Sequence record: OP310984.1
Direction: 5' to 3' (one strand)
DNA: 64,000 nucleotides
The notes below the pieces were generated by a model. That model was not told the DNA's origin. It saw only the letters and a list, made by a program, of their open reading frames with translations, and did no database searches. This document shows positions 55,331 through 64,000 of the stretch, one piece after another. The position numbers and the translations under genes are program-made. Every line of letters starts with the position of its first letter. Positions within the stretch are counted from its first letter, which is position 1.

Positions 55331-55765
55331 TTACAATTTATTCGCCATTTTACCTGGTACTATAACCCAGTGTAAATTACATTTAATGTGTTTATTTTTA
55401 AGAGACATTCCTGAGATACACACATCCTCTTTGGTTATGCTAATTTTAAATAAAGCTTCCCATTTATTAGCTGTGATGATTTCATCAACAGTGTGATGGA
55501 ATTTAAGTGTGTTATCTAATACTGAAATATAAAAGTCTTTATTGGGTTGACCTTTAGTTAAATCAATTATTAACCTATTATTTAATTTAGGTGAAAAAGT
55601 TGTTAATGTACCATCTTCATTATTTTCAGATATATAAGAGCAACCAGTAACAATGAAGACATTATCATTTACACTATTGGCATAAATTATTTTTGGGTGT
55701 TTAAAAATATTAATTAGATAAACAATAATTGCTGACAGGATTAGTGCAATTACTATATCAGCCAT
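55331..55765 (-). CDS. Membrane-anchored hypothetical protein
   Basis: N-terminal TM IVIALILSAIIVYLI. Confidence 0.65.
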   Translation of the reverse strand: MADIVIALILSAIIVYLINIFKHPKIIYANSVNDNVFIVTGCSYISENNEDGTLTTFSPKLNNRLIIDLTKGQPNKDFYISVLDNTLKFHHTVDEIITANKWEALFKISITKEDVCISGMSLKNKHIKCNLHWVIVPGKMANKL

Positions 55766-55767
55766 TA

Positions 55768-56142
55768 TTAACCCCTATTAACAAAGATAAAATAATCTCG
55801 TAGTTCACCAGCTAAATCTAATGGTTGATAATTATCACTACCATCATCATAAGGGATATAATCAGCACCTGCTTCTACAGCCGCTAAATATTCTTCCTCA
55901 CCAACTGCTGGAATTAAATGAAACGCTGGGCAATCGTCATTATTGCCATCTAGTATATCTAGCATGCCTGTAATGACACTATCTGCTACAGCCCTGTCCC
56001 GATCAGCTGGCTCTGTAAATTGATCAAGTTTAGAGTTATTGATAGCATTATCACGCATATTGACAACACTACTAATAAATAGTTCTTTAACTTGTTCCTG
56101 TGTTACAGGTTTAACATTACCATCGCCTTCAAAATAGATCAT
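55768..56142 (-). CDS. Hypothetical protein, paralog of 56187-56873
   Basis: LDGN...PAFHLIP...YIP...DLAGELR. Confidence 0.7.
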   Translation of the reverse strand: MIYFEGDGNVKPVTQEQVKELFISSVVNMRDNAINNSKLDQFTEPADRDRAVADSVITGMLDILDGNNDDCPAFHLIPAVGEEEYLAAVEAGADYIPYDDGSDNYQPLDLAGELRDYFIFVNRG

Positions 56143-56186
56143 AATTACATACCTTGTTATCAGTAGCTTATAAATTTATTAGTTCA

Positions 56187-56873
56187 TTAACGCATTATTC
56201 GACTGATATCATCAGCTATTTGTGATTGTATCTTTTCCGCTTTTTCTTTAGCTTTTTCTACTAACATAGCAAGTTGCTCTTGCGTAAAATTACCCGAGTA
56301 ATACTTAACAGGTTTCTCACCTGCTAAACTAAGGAAATGGTTCAATAGTGCATGTGGTCCTTTGAAAGGTTCCGTAAATGTCTTAGAAACTTGATAACGT
56401 AGATTACCAGAAATATCAACTGCATCACACTTTGCACGGATATTATCTTTTAAATTTTCAACTGGGTTTACTGGCCAATAATTCTCACCAATACTTATTA
56501 GGTAGTCAATATCCTCTTGAGTAACATTAGGTATAAGTTTGAATCCGGGTATATTTGGATCATTGCCATCTAGGCCAGCTGCGATGCTATATATAAATCC
56601 ATCAAGCATATCTCTGATAGATAGTGCCTTATCTGTATTTTGAGTATCGGTATACTGTTTATGCCAGTAATTACGTGTGCTTTGAAGCCAATTTACAAAG
56701 AGAGAAGTTTGTTCCTCTTTTGTATATTCTCTCGGATCATCTACTTTCTCCCATTCTTTTTGTTTATTTATCTTAGGAGTCTTAGTTTTCTTTACAGGTT
56801 GTTCAATCGGTGAATCTGAAACCTTTGTTTCAAATCCTATACCAACTATAGTTTTATCGGTTGTATTGATCAT
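56187..56873 (-). CDS. Hypothetical protein, paralog of 55768-56142
   Basis: LDGN...PGFKLIP...YWP...DISGNLR. Confidence 0.7.
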   Translation of the reverse strand: MINTTDKTIVGIGFETKVSDSPIEQPVKKTKTPKINKQKEWEKVDDPREYTKEEQTSLFVNWLQSTRNYWHKQYTDTQNTDKALSIRDMLDGFIYSIAAGLDGNDPNIPGFKLIPNVTQEDIDYLISIGENYWPVNPVENLKDNIRAKCDAVDISGNLRYQVSKTFTEPFKGPHALLNHFLSLAGEKPVKYYSGNFTQEQLAMLVEKAKEKAEKIQSQIADDISRIMR

Positions 56874-57100
56874 AGAACATGAAACCTTTGTATATAGTTT
56901 GGTTTTATGCGTTTAGTAAATTGCGCTGAATGCTCAATGTAATAAATGCATTTATCATTAAGTGAATACACTGTATAATAGGTTTTAGCACATATATGTC
57001 GTATGCCAATAGTAACACATATTTCCCAACCGATCTTTGTAAATACATAACCTAACTGATTAGGCTCTATTTCTAAACATCTTTTGTCGAAGTTAACCAT
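56870..57100 (-). CDS. Hypothetical protein
   Basis: 76 aa in operon. Confidence 0.55.
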   Translation of the reverse strand: MVNFDKRCLEIEPNQLGYVFTKIGWEICVTIGIRHICAKTYYTVYSLNDKCIYYIEHSAQFTKRIKPNYIQRFHVL

Positions 57101-57540
57101 TGTGGCTTCCTCGGAATAGTTCGCAAGTACTGAACAATAAGTCGCGCGAATTCATCCATATCGTCTTCAACTAGAATTAACTCATCCAATGTATACCAGC
57201 CATCATCAGTTGTTTCAATTAGATTAGAATCATCTTTGATTTCTCTATCTAAGATGGCGTATAATCTAGTTGGTCCAAAATCAGGCTCTTCTATAACCCC
57301 AAGATGTATCAAAGAATTTCTATTATTAGTATCATCTGTGATAGTTGGCTGAACACTAATATTGGAAGTTTCCTCTGGGAAGTTATAACTATCTAAAATA
57401 GCAAAATCAGTTAATTGTCTAATAGCCTTTCTAGTGAAATCATAAACCTTCACTATGGGATGAATCACATAGGTTAGTTTATCATTAACTAAACGTTGCC
57501 TTAAATTAATAAATGCGCAGTTATTCATCGACATACTCAT
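57073..57540 (-). CDS. Hypothetical protein, possibly degenerate Nudix-like
   Basis: HLGVI...GWYTLDEL...DEFARLI recalls phage Nudix C-termini; no Nudix box seen. Confidence 0.4.
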   Translation of the reverse strand: MSMSMNNCAFINLRQRLVNDKLTYVIHPIVKVYDFTRKAIRQLTDFAILDSYNFPEETSNISVQPTITDDTNNRNSLIHLGVIEEPDFGPTRLYAILDREIKDDSNLIETTDDGWYTLDELILVEDDMDEFARLIVQYLRTIPRKPQWLTSTKDV

Positions 57541-57895
57541 GTACCATTTTAATAGTTTTCAAAAATACTTCTTGATTATTACTATCATCTGCTTTTAGAA
57601 TAACAGGATGACACATAAATTCATTTTCCAATGATACTCGATAATATTCATTAATTGTCTGAATGAAATCAAGCGGGGGATAAATAATAATATCCTTATC
57701 TGTTTCGGCGTAATTAACTACATTTGGTTCATGTTTAAATTTGGATTTATTTAATTTATAAACAAAGTATTTTATATCATTTTTATCTACTTGTGATACA
57801 AATACAATTCGTTCATACATTGATAAATCAATATCTTTACCAATATTGATAGACAGTGGCATACCAATAAATGAGCGTTTAATATTTTCATTCAT
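57521..57895 (-). CDS. Hypothetical early protein
   Basis: 124 aa; follows promoter at 57935. Confidence 0.65.
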   Translation of the reverse strand: MNENIKRSFIGMPLSINIGKDIDLSMYERIVFVSQVDKNDIKYFVYKLNKSKFKHEPNVVNYAETDKDIIIYPPLDFIQTINEYYRVSLENEFMCHPVILKADDSNNQEVFLKTIKMVHEYVDE

Positions 57896-57934
57896 TTTTT
57901 AATTACCTATTTAATAGTTTAATGTTGTATTAGT

Positions 57935-57942
57935 GTAATATA
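57935..57942 (-). promoter_or_regulatory. Early promoter core TATATTAC
   Basis: Intergenic GTAATATA after a terminator. Confidence 0.7.
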
Positions 57943-57998
57943 GATTTCAAAAAAAATTTAATGTAAAAGCCCTCTCCTTTGGGAGAGGGCTTATGACT

Positions 57999-58106
57999 TT
58001 ATTTATATTTTTTCTTATGAGTGTGATAAATATAGCTAAATAGCATACCGATTGACATTGATACAGCTACCATACCCACATAGAAAAGTTCATTACTAAG
58101 TTGCAT
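57999..58106 (-). CDS. 35-aa single-TM peptide [35 protein letters not shown]
   Basis: Read by hand; GAGGA RBS; basic tail. Confidence 0.6.
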   Translation of the reverse strand: MQLSNELFYVGMVAVSMSIGMLFSYIYHTHKKKYK

Positions 58107-58188
58107 TAGATTTCCTCAAATAGTTTAATTTATCCCACCTAGTTTTAACCGTCCAGTCGGTTAAAAAGAGGACCCGAAGGTCCTCTAA

Positions 58189-58428
58189 TTATTTCTTATA
58201 ACTCTCAGGGCATCCCATTTTGAGTTTGCCATCCTTTGGGTCTTCAGCGAATAATACTTCATCTGGACACTTCTTAACAGGAGTGTCCTTCGCCTTATCT
58301 TCCCATTCTACAACAGGCATTTCTAATTTCTTACGAAATTGATACGTATCATAAAGAACATACGTAATCATTCCCATAAGAGAGATTACCCATACCCATG
58401 CAACAATTAGGATGATTCTAGTTATCAT
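58189..58428 (-). CDS. Small membrane protein
   Basis: 79 aa with N-terminal TM; UUCG terminator 58167-58186. Confidence 0.65.
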   Translation of the reverse strand: MITRIILIVAWVWVISLMGMITYVLYDTYQFRKKLEMPVVEWEDKAKDTPVKKCPDEVLFAEDPKDGKLKMGCPESYKK

Positions 58429-58795
58429 ACAACTCCTCGCCGACTATATTGAAACACCCATTACTGAGTTTTTCAGTCAGCATCTCACCAAGATCACTTC
58501 CCTCGCTCTTTGCCAAAAGCTTAAGTGCGGGATCAGTGAGATTTTGGTATATTACATCGACATTATCCAATGCGATATTAATAGCGAGTGCCTTATCACT
58601 CTGGTTTTTATCTATGGCAATGGATAGTTCATCTTGCAGCATTGCATTCATCTCCAATGGCTTACCGCCATCAGTGTAGAATTGAACCATATTCTTTGCC
58701 AAGCTGTGCAGCACGTAGCAAGATGACACGGTTACGGGTTGTGCATTAACCGACATTGCTACCATAGTGATAATGAGCGAGAAGACGTATTTCAT
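58418..58795 (-). CDS. Secreted two-cysteine helical protein (paralog 1)
   Basis: Signal peptide ending VNA; VTVSSC ... NGCFNIVGEEL. Confidence 0.65.
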   Translation of the reverse strand: MKYVFSLIITMVAMSVNAQPVTVSSCYVLHSLAKNMVQFYTDGGKPLEMNAMLQDELSIAIDKNQSDKALAINIALDNVDVIYQNLTDPALKLLAKSEGSDLGEMLTEKLSNGCFNIVGEELYDN

Positions 58796-58827
58796 CCTAT
58801 TTTCCTTTTGAAAGTATTCGATATGAA

Positions 58828-59283
58828 TTAAATGAGTTCAACAATTACCATGTGAGTGAATTTCTCACCAATATGCTTCATGCAGTAATTGCCATAATAC
58901 CCGCTGATAAAAGCTGCCAGATTAGGAGTAGTCACATTGTAACCTTGACTACGGATATAATCATGGATCTCTTTACTGTTAAGGTCATTATTGATTTTAT
59001 TAAGACTATTGAATACGAATGTTAACGCAATCCAATTATTGGTATCCAACTCATCTTTGAGTTTAGCAGAGTTGTTGAGCATAAGCACACCAACTTCATC
59101 TGCGCTATGACCTTCACTCATTCGAAATACAGCTTGTTTAGTAATGGTTTCAACCATTGCACACGACTGCACAGTGAGTTGAGCATCTTTTTTACCAATC
59201 TTGATTTCAGCCATTGCGGTATTGAACATGATACCGGTAATGGCAATGAGACCAGCGAAAGCTGCTGCAATTACATTTTTCAT
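58828..59283 (-). CDS. Secreted two-cysteine helical protein (paralog 2)
   Basis: Signal peptide ending AMA; LTVQSC ... NYCMKHIGEKF. Confidence 0.65.
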   Translation of the reverse strand: MKNVIAAAFAGLIAITGIMFNTAMAEIKIGKKDAQLTVQSCAMVETITKQAVFRMSEGHSADEVGVLMLNNSAKLKDELDTNNWIALTFVFNSLNKINNDLNSKEIHDYIRSQGYNVTTPNLAAFISGYYGNYCMKHIGEKFTHMVIVELI

Positions 59284-59300
59284 TTTAAATCCTTCTTCAT

Positions 59301-59684
59301 TTATTTAATGGTAAGAATAGTAATTTTTTCAGGATTTACTGGAACTTTAATTTTAGATTTATGTTGGAGAAACTCAACAACCACCATAGACTTATCCATT
59401 TTATACACTTCACATACTTTGACAAGCCTATCTACTACGCAACCAATTTTACCGGCATTTTGAGAAAAGAAAGATTTTGCTTTTCTAATAGCCTCGCGTT
59501 TCTCAAGCATTTCCATATGCATATTTTCAATATGTTTATCGCGTTGAACACGATTAAACTTACGCATATGTCGTTCGATCTTACTAATTTCAGAAGAGTG
59601 TAATGAATAAGCAGCAGCTTCTTTCAGTTTCTCATATACTTCCACTGCCATTACCACGTGATCATCTTCAAAATTTCTTTTCAT
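59301..59684 (-). CDS. Hypothetical basic protein
   Basis: 127 aa. Confidence 0.65.
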   Translation of the reverse strand: MKRNFEDDHVVMAVEVYEKLKEAAAYSLHSSEISKIERHMRKFNRVQRDKHIENMHMEMLEKREAIRKAKSFFSQNAGKIGCVVDRLVKVCEVYKMDKSMVVVEFLQHKSKIKVPVNPEKITILTIK

Positions 59685-59697
59685 ATCTATGCCTTTT

Positions 59698-60492
59698 TCA
59701 CTGTTTGATTAAATTTGACACTGCTTCTTGTTTACATTGAGTATTCATCCATAATGCAATGTCTTTGGGTTCTTGTCCAGTTTCCACCATATCGATAATG
59801 ATACGGGTATTACGTTGTGCTTTCTCACGGGCATTTAACATATCAGGATCATTAATAATGAATTCCCTACCCATAACTGGATCTAATCCAATATAAGCTT
59901 TAGATGCAATAGTTCTCACCATTGCTTCATATTGGTCACATCCACGTTCAGTTAATACAAGGTTATCTGCATTGGCACTACCGCCAAATAGCAAACCTAG
60001 GAATCCATAGAAAAAAGTGTGACGTATTGTCTTCCAACAAATACGCATCTCTTCATTTTTTGTATAAAGCTTTTCCCAATCAAACATTAAATAGAAACTT
60101 TCTTTTTGGATAGAAGGGTGTAACCAAATAGGTTTAATACTTACTTCAAGAAGTTTACTATTTGGATTTTTACCAATAAAGATAACTTCAACAATGGCTC
60201 GTGCTAAAGCATCTTTTTCTTTACCATTCCATCCAAATTTTATTTCATCAGCCGTGATATAAAGACGTATTCCGTCACCCACGTATTTGGGTAACCAAAC
60301 AGCTTTACCTAGTTGCATTGGAACACTATTAGGGATCCCCCCAACCATCCAGGTAGCATTGGTGAAATGAATAGCGACATCATCATTTAACCACTTTAGA
60401 ATAGCTGGCCTTACCCAGCTATCTACCAAATTACCACATGTCAATGCAGCTAGCATAGCCATGAGTATAATGACAATATAAATACTAACCAT
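59698..60492 (-). CDS. Membrane protein whose C-terminal third is a further two-cysteine paralog with an internal signal-like segment
   Basis: N-terminal TM; internal FFYGFLGLLFGGSANA then LTERGC ... TQC. Confidence 0.6.
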   Translation of the reverse strand: MVSIYIVIILMAMLAALTCGNLVDSWVRPAILKWLNDDVAIHFTNATWMVGGIPNSVPMQLGKAVWLPKYVGDGIRLYITADEIKFGWNGKEKDALARAIVEVIFIGKNPNSKLLEVSIKPIWLHPSIQKESFYLMFDWEKLYTKNEEMRICWKTIRHTFFYGFLGLLFGGSANADNLVLTERGCDQYEAMVRTIASKAYIGLDPVMGREFIINDPDMLNAREKAQRNTRIIIDMVETGQEPKDIALWMNTQCKQEAVSNLIKQ

Positions 60493-60495
60493 ATT

Positions 60496-60855
60496 CTACT
60501 CCAAGTTAAATTTAGTACCAATTGCTTCAACACAGTTTTCAGCTAGCCTATCTAGAATAGCTCCATTGGTAAATCCTTTTCGTTTATTTACGCGAATATC
60601 AACTAAGTTTAATTTAGCATATACGGTACCTGCATAGAACTCTAAGTCATCCATATCCTTACGAGAGATCATATCTAACTGCATCATTATCTCAAATTGG
60701 GATAGGTTCTTATCATAAAGCTCAGTTGCTTTTTGTGAAAGATTTACTGCCACATTACATGATTTCTTAGTAATACCCACTTCTACAGCGTGGGCAGGCT
60801 GACATGCAATGGACAGGATTGGCAGGAAAAGGAATAATAGCCAATTCTTAAGCAT
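60496..60855 (-). CDS. Secreted two-cysteine helical protein (paralog 4)
   Basis: Signal peptide ending AHA; ITKKSC ... ENCVEAIGTKF. Confidence 0.65.
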   Translation of the reverse strand: MLKNWLLFLFLPILSIACQPAHAVEVGITKKSCNVAVNLSQKATELYDKNLSQFEIMMQLDMISRKDMDDLEFYAGTVYAKLNLVDIRVNKRKGFTNGAILDRLAENCVEAIGTKFNLE

Positions 60856-60867
60856 GTTGTACCTCCA

Positions 60868-61275
60868 TTATTTTAGAGTAAGTGGTTTTGCTTCAAACGC
60901 ACCTGCCGCTACACAACGCTGGAAATAACCATCAATGATGAATTTCTCAGGAGTGGTCTTATAGACTTTAGCAGCATTTGTTGCACGTGGCAAACTTGCC
61001 TCAATTGCCATTTTATCTACCTTAGACCATAGGTAAAATAGACCAGTGAGTTCTTCAACTTTAGACTGGTTGGTCTTTAGATCTTTAGTGTTATTAAGGA
61101 TATAATGAATCCTTTCATAAGTCTTCATTTGCACTTCAGTTACAGATGCACCTTTTACAAACAATTCATCTGCCTGTTTTACAAACTCGATGCATGAATC
61201 ACGATTAGTGTACATGACAGCCGAGTTAGCAGTGATAGTTACAATAGACAACATAAATACAATTACATATTTCAT
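60868..61275 (-). CDS. Secreted two-cysteine helical protein (paralog 5)
   Basis: Signal peptide; TNRDSC ... QRCVAAG. Confidence 0.6.
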   Translation of the reverse strand: MKYVIVFMLSIVTITANSAVMYTNRDSCIEFVKQADELFVKGASVTEVQMKTYERIHYILNNTKDLKTNQSKVEELTGLFYLWSKVDKMAIEASLPRATNAAKVYKTTPEKFIIDGYFQRCVAAGAFEAKPLTLK

Positions 61276-61301
61276 AATGAATTACCTCAAAATTAATTTT
61301 A

Positions 61302-61565
61302 TTAACTATTGGTTTCACCACGAGTATTGAATTCTAAATCCAATACAACTTTAGTAAATTCTTCCAGTGCACCACCCTCGTAGATGAGTGGGTCACTGTC
61401 ACCCCGGTACATGCTACCTACCGGTACTTGACCACGAAACACCATCAGCATATCGTTTTTTACTATGACATGATGTTCATCCCCGACAGCAATGTCTTGG
61501 ATGTGTCTCCAGCGTTCACGCAGTAAGCTGCAAGCGCACCATACGGATTTCAAACGTTCAGTCAT
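61302..61565 (-). CDS. Hypothetical early protein
   Basis: 87 aa; first gene after promoter at 61599. Confidence 0.65.
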   Translation of the reverse strand: MTERLKSVWCACSLLRERWRHIQDIAVGDEHHVIVKNDMLMVFRGQVPVGSMYRGDSDPLIYEGGALEEFTKVVLDLEFNTRGETNS

Positions 61566-61598
61566 TGTATTGCCCTCTTGGTTATTAAATTCATATTT

Positions 61599-61606
61599 GT
61601 AATATA
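61599..61606 (-). promoter_or_regulatory. Early promoter core TATATTAC
   Basis: GTAATATA plus tttaaatagtttaaat flank, after UUCG terminator 61646-61665. Confidence 0.75.
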
Positions 61607-61683
61607 GCTTTTTAAATAGTTTAAATACAAAAAAAGATAAATAAAACCCTCCCCGAAGGGAGGGTGTATATTAAGTAATTATT

Positions 61684-62340
61684 TTAACATACAATTTCAT
61701 TATCAGAAAATAGTTTATTATATTCTTTTAGTGCATCCCCACCAACCATAGTACACCTGCCATAGAGAACAGATATAGCCAGATCTTTAATAGCGGGGTG
61801 ACAATTATTTAACTTACTGATTAGTTGAGCTTTCTCAGTCAGATACAGTTCAGCAAAATCAGGCTTATCATTAACAATCGACCACATGTTTGAAATGGAA
61901 TCTAGTAACTTAAGAGATTGACCACTCCATGAAATGCGAGAAAGTCTTTCATGTTGTAAACTAATCCTAGTTTTACGATTACCTTCGTAAGTTACATTTG
62001 TTAGTTCAGTTACTAAATTAACAACAGGGATTGAGAATAGTTTAGTTAGATCAGAAGCAGTTACAGCAGTATCCTCAATTACATCATGTAACCATGCTGC
62101 TTTATAAGCAGCGTGAGATAGGTCGAATAATTGCGCCATCTCAGCTACTTGTAATAAATGATGCCAGTAAGGTTTTCCTGAACCATCTCGCAATTGACCA
62201 ACAGCAGTATGTGCCGCAATGGCATATGATGCAGCCATTGCATTACCCGCATTGGAATATTTGCCATTACCTAGATGGTTAGTTAAGAGAATATTCTCTT
62301 TCCCTCCTTCTAGAATATCGATAATTTCATTCATTAGCAT
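61684..62340 (-). CDS. HD-domain hydrolase, RelA/SpoT (Mesh1/SAH)-like
   Basis: AH..Q.R.GSGKPYWHH, AAWLHDVIEDT, VTELT and LKLLDSISN motifs. Confidence 0.8.
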   Translation of the reverse strand: MLMNEIIDILEGGKENILLTNHLGNGKYSNAGNAMAASYAIAAHTAVGQLRDGSGKPYWHHLLQVAEMAQLFDLSHAAYKAAWLHDVIEDTAVTASDLTKLFSIPVVNLVTELTNVTYEGNRKTRISLQHERLSRISWSGQSLKLLDSISNMWSIVNDKPDFAELYLTEKAQLISKLNNCHPAIKDLAISVLYGRCTMVGGDALKEYNKLFSDNEIVC

Positions 62341-62370
62341 AGCTATATTCCTATTTAAATTATTGGAAAC

Positions 62371-62805
62371 CTAATATAGGTATTCACTAAATAAATATTT
62401 AGTTACTAATCTATTTTCTAATTCAGCTCGATATAACTGATTATTATTCTTAGCGATAATTACTGCTTCTTCCCTAGAGTGGAAGTTTTCATACTGATCA
62501 ATAAAACCTTGTTCATGATCATCTCCTGCATATTCATGCAATACCTTAAGACCACCATACATTAGCTGTTGTTGAGTCATTATGATTGATGAATGCCTCG
62601 CTGCAATGAAATAAACATCCTTCCATCTATTGCAGGCGGCAACTATCCTTAATTTCACATCGGGATGTTGTTCCCACCACCATAGACCAGTTTCCTCATT
62701 CCAATACCTTTCTTTCATTTGAGTTTTTCTAAACTCACCTTGTATGTCTAAAAGTCTAAATGCCTCTTCTTTAGACATAGCTTGTAGAATAGGATACTTA
62801 TCCAT
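62371..62805 (-). CDS. Conserved phage hypothetical protein
   Basis: IVAA...ARH...QGFIDQ...SREEA...LFSEYLY pattern recalled from large phages. Confidence 0.65.
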   Translation of the reverse strand: MDKYPILQAMSKEEAFRLLDIQGEFRKTQMKERYWNEETGLWWWEQHPDVKLRIVAACNRWKDVYFIAARHSSIIMTQQQLMYGGLKVLHEYAGDDHEQGFIDQYENFHSREEAVIIAKNNNQLYRAELENRLVTKYLFSEYLY

Positions 62806-62855
62806 TTAATACAGATACCTAATTGCGAAATAGAAAGAGCCCCGAAGGGCTCTTA

Positions 62856-63212
62856 TTATACAAGTAGCTTTTCAATAGTGAAGCTTGTCCAGACCATTGC
62901 CCTATAACCAACACTCTCTTCAGTATAAGTGATATCATCAAACTTATTAGGTGGCATGAAACCACGTTGTGTACTAGCATCAGTCACAACAAGATTAGAA
63001 TCTTTTAAAGTTTCATTTAGAGCCTTAAGTTTATCCTTACTAATTGATCCCTTAACATGGAACTTAAAATAAGCATAGCCTTTATGATTGATACGACAAC
63101 TGTCAAGAACAGTTTGTTTATCATTCATTTGACTCATCAGATCACTAATAACTGCATCATCTACAGGAGTATCATCATTGACAATATTGATTAATTCAAT
63201 ATAAGTTGGCAT
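62856..63212 (-). CDS. Hypothetical protein
   Basis: 118 aa; UUCG terminator 62835-62854. Confidence 0.65.
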   Translation of the reverse strand: MPTYIELINIVNDDTPVDDAVISDLMSQMNDKQTVLDSCRINHKGYAYFKFHVKGSISKDKLKALNETLKDSNLVVTDASTQRGFMPPNKFDDITYTEESVGYRAMVWTSFTIEKLLV

Positions 63213-63269
63213 TCTTTTTGTTTCCTTAATTAGATAAACTACATAAGATAATTTTTAATTAATATTCTA

Positions 63270-64000
63270 TTAAATTTTTAATAGGAGCCCATTGTGATTA
63301 AATGAGATAATACAGTTATGTCCCATCATGTCAATATAGTAAGATACTATATTATCACGGGTATTATTTGAAATCTTGTTCACCTTAAATTCATTCATGA
63401 TCCCATTATGAATGGCTAAGTCTTTTTCTCGATACTGGTTTGAAAAAATAATAGAAGTAGGGTTAATATTGATAGTATCCATTGCATTAAGAAAATCTTC
63501 AACATCAAACTTTTTAATAGTTTCAGATTTTCCAACACAACATTCGGTTTTATCAATTAATGAAAAACCAATAGTCCTAATTGGTTCATCCTTATTATGG
63601 AAGCTATAATTGGTAATGCTCATACCTATCAATAGTCCATTTTCATCTACATTAACTACTTTAGAATCAGTGTACTTATAAATATCATTGATTGCATAAC
63701 CAGCTGAATATAATACATCTTTAAAATGACTAGTTACTTTATCAATAATAAAGTTTTGATAATCTGATTGATATAGTTTATCACTATATTCAAGCTTTTT
63801 GATAATATCACTTAGTTCATGATACACGTTGGTAAAACTATTCGAAAAATAATTATCTTTTATTCCTAACCTAGTTAACAGATCTAGCTGGATTTCTTTT
63901 TTAGATAGTTTCGTAGAATTACTAAGTTTTTCAATGACGGATGTAATTGTACGTAGATCAATTGCTAGTGAAAGTGATTTAAAGATATTATTAATTGGTG
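63270..64000 (-). CDS. Hypothetical protein, 5'-truncated by window edge
   Basis: The frame of the 63270-63827 ORF stays open from 63998 to the GTG at 63827, so the real start is probably outside the window. Confidence 0.65.

Overview
This window is a 64-kb segment of an AT-rich jumbo myophage genome that closely resembles Pseudomonas phage phiKZ (Phikzvirus-like). This is judged from recalled protein families, lengths and gene order; no search was run. Left: the virion module, with tail tube, 695-aa tail sheath, three structural genes and a 717-aa terminase large subunit. 11.3-22.8 kb (minus strand): early genes with TATATTAC promoters and UUCG terminators, including a phiKZ014-like ribosome binder, a protein with a bL12-like C-terminus, and DHFR. 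23-38 kb (plus strand): nrdA/nrdB, a protease-processed head protein, seven tRNA genes and two MFELLL beta-propeller paralogs. 38-64 kb (minus strand): a dense accessory array with Ntn-protease-like, TYW3-like, BCS1-like AAA+, ART-like, DUF4262-like, GIY-YIG, deaminase and HD-hydrolase genes, plus a cluster of secreted two-cysteine paralogs. The best novelty candidate is an orphan structured RNA at about 29053-29190. It has C-rich anti-Shine-Dalgarno-like loops and the same TGTAATnnTATGTAG upstream motif as two tRNA units, and further orphan structured RNAs lie in the tRNA region. Other leads: the CAU tRNA looks like tRNA-Ile2 rather than Met; an identical tRNA-Asn pair brackets a gene cassette; a 64-bp early-promoter cassette is duplicated. 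No CRISPR array, integrase, intron or intein was seen.
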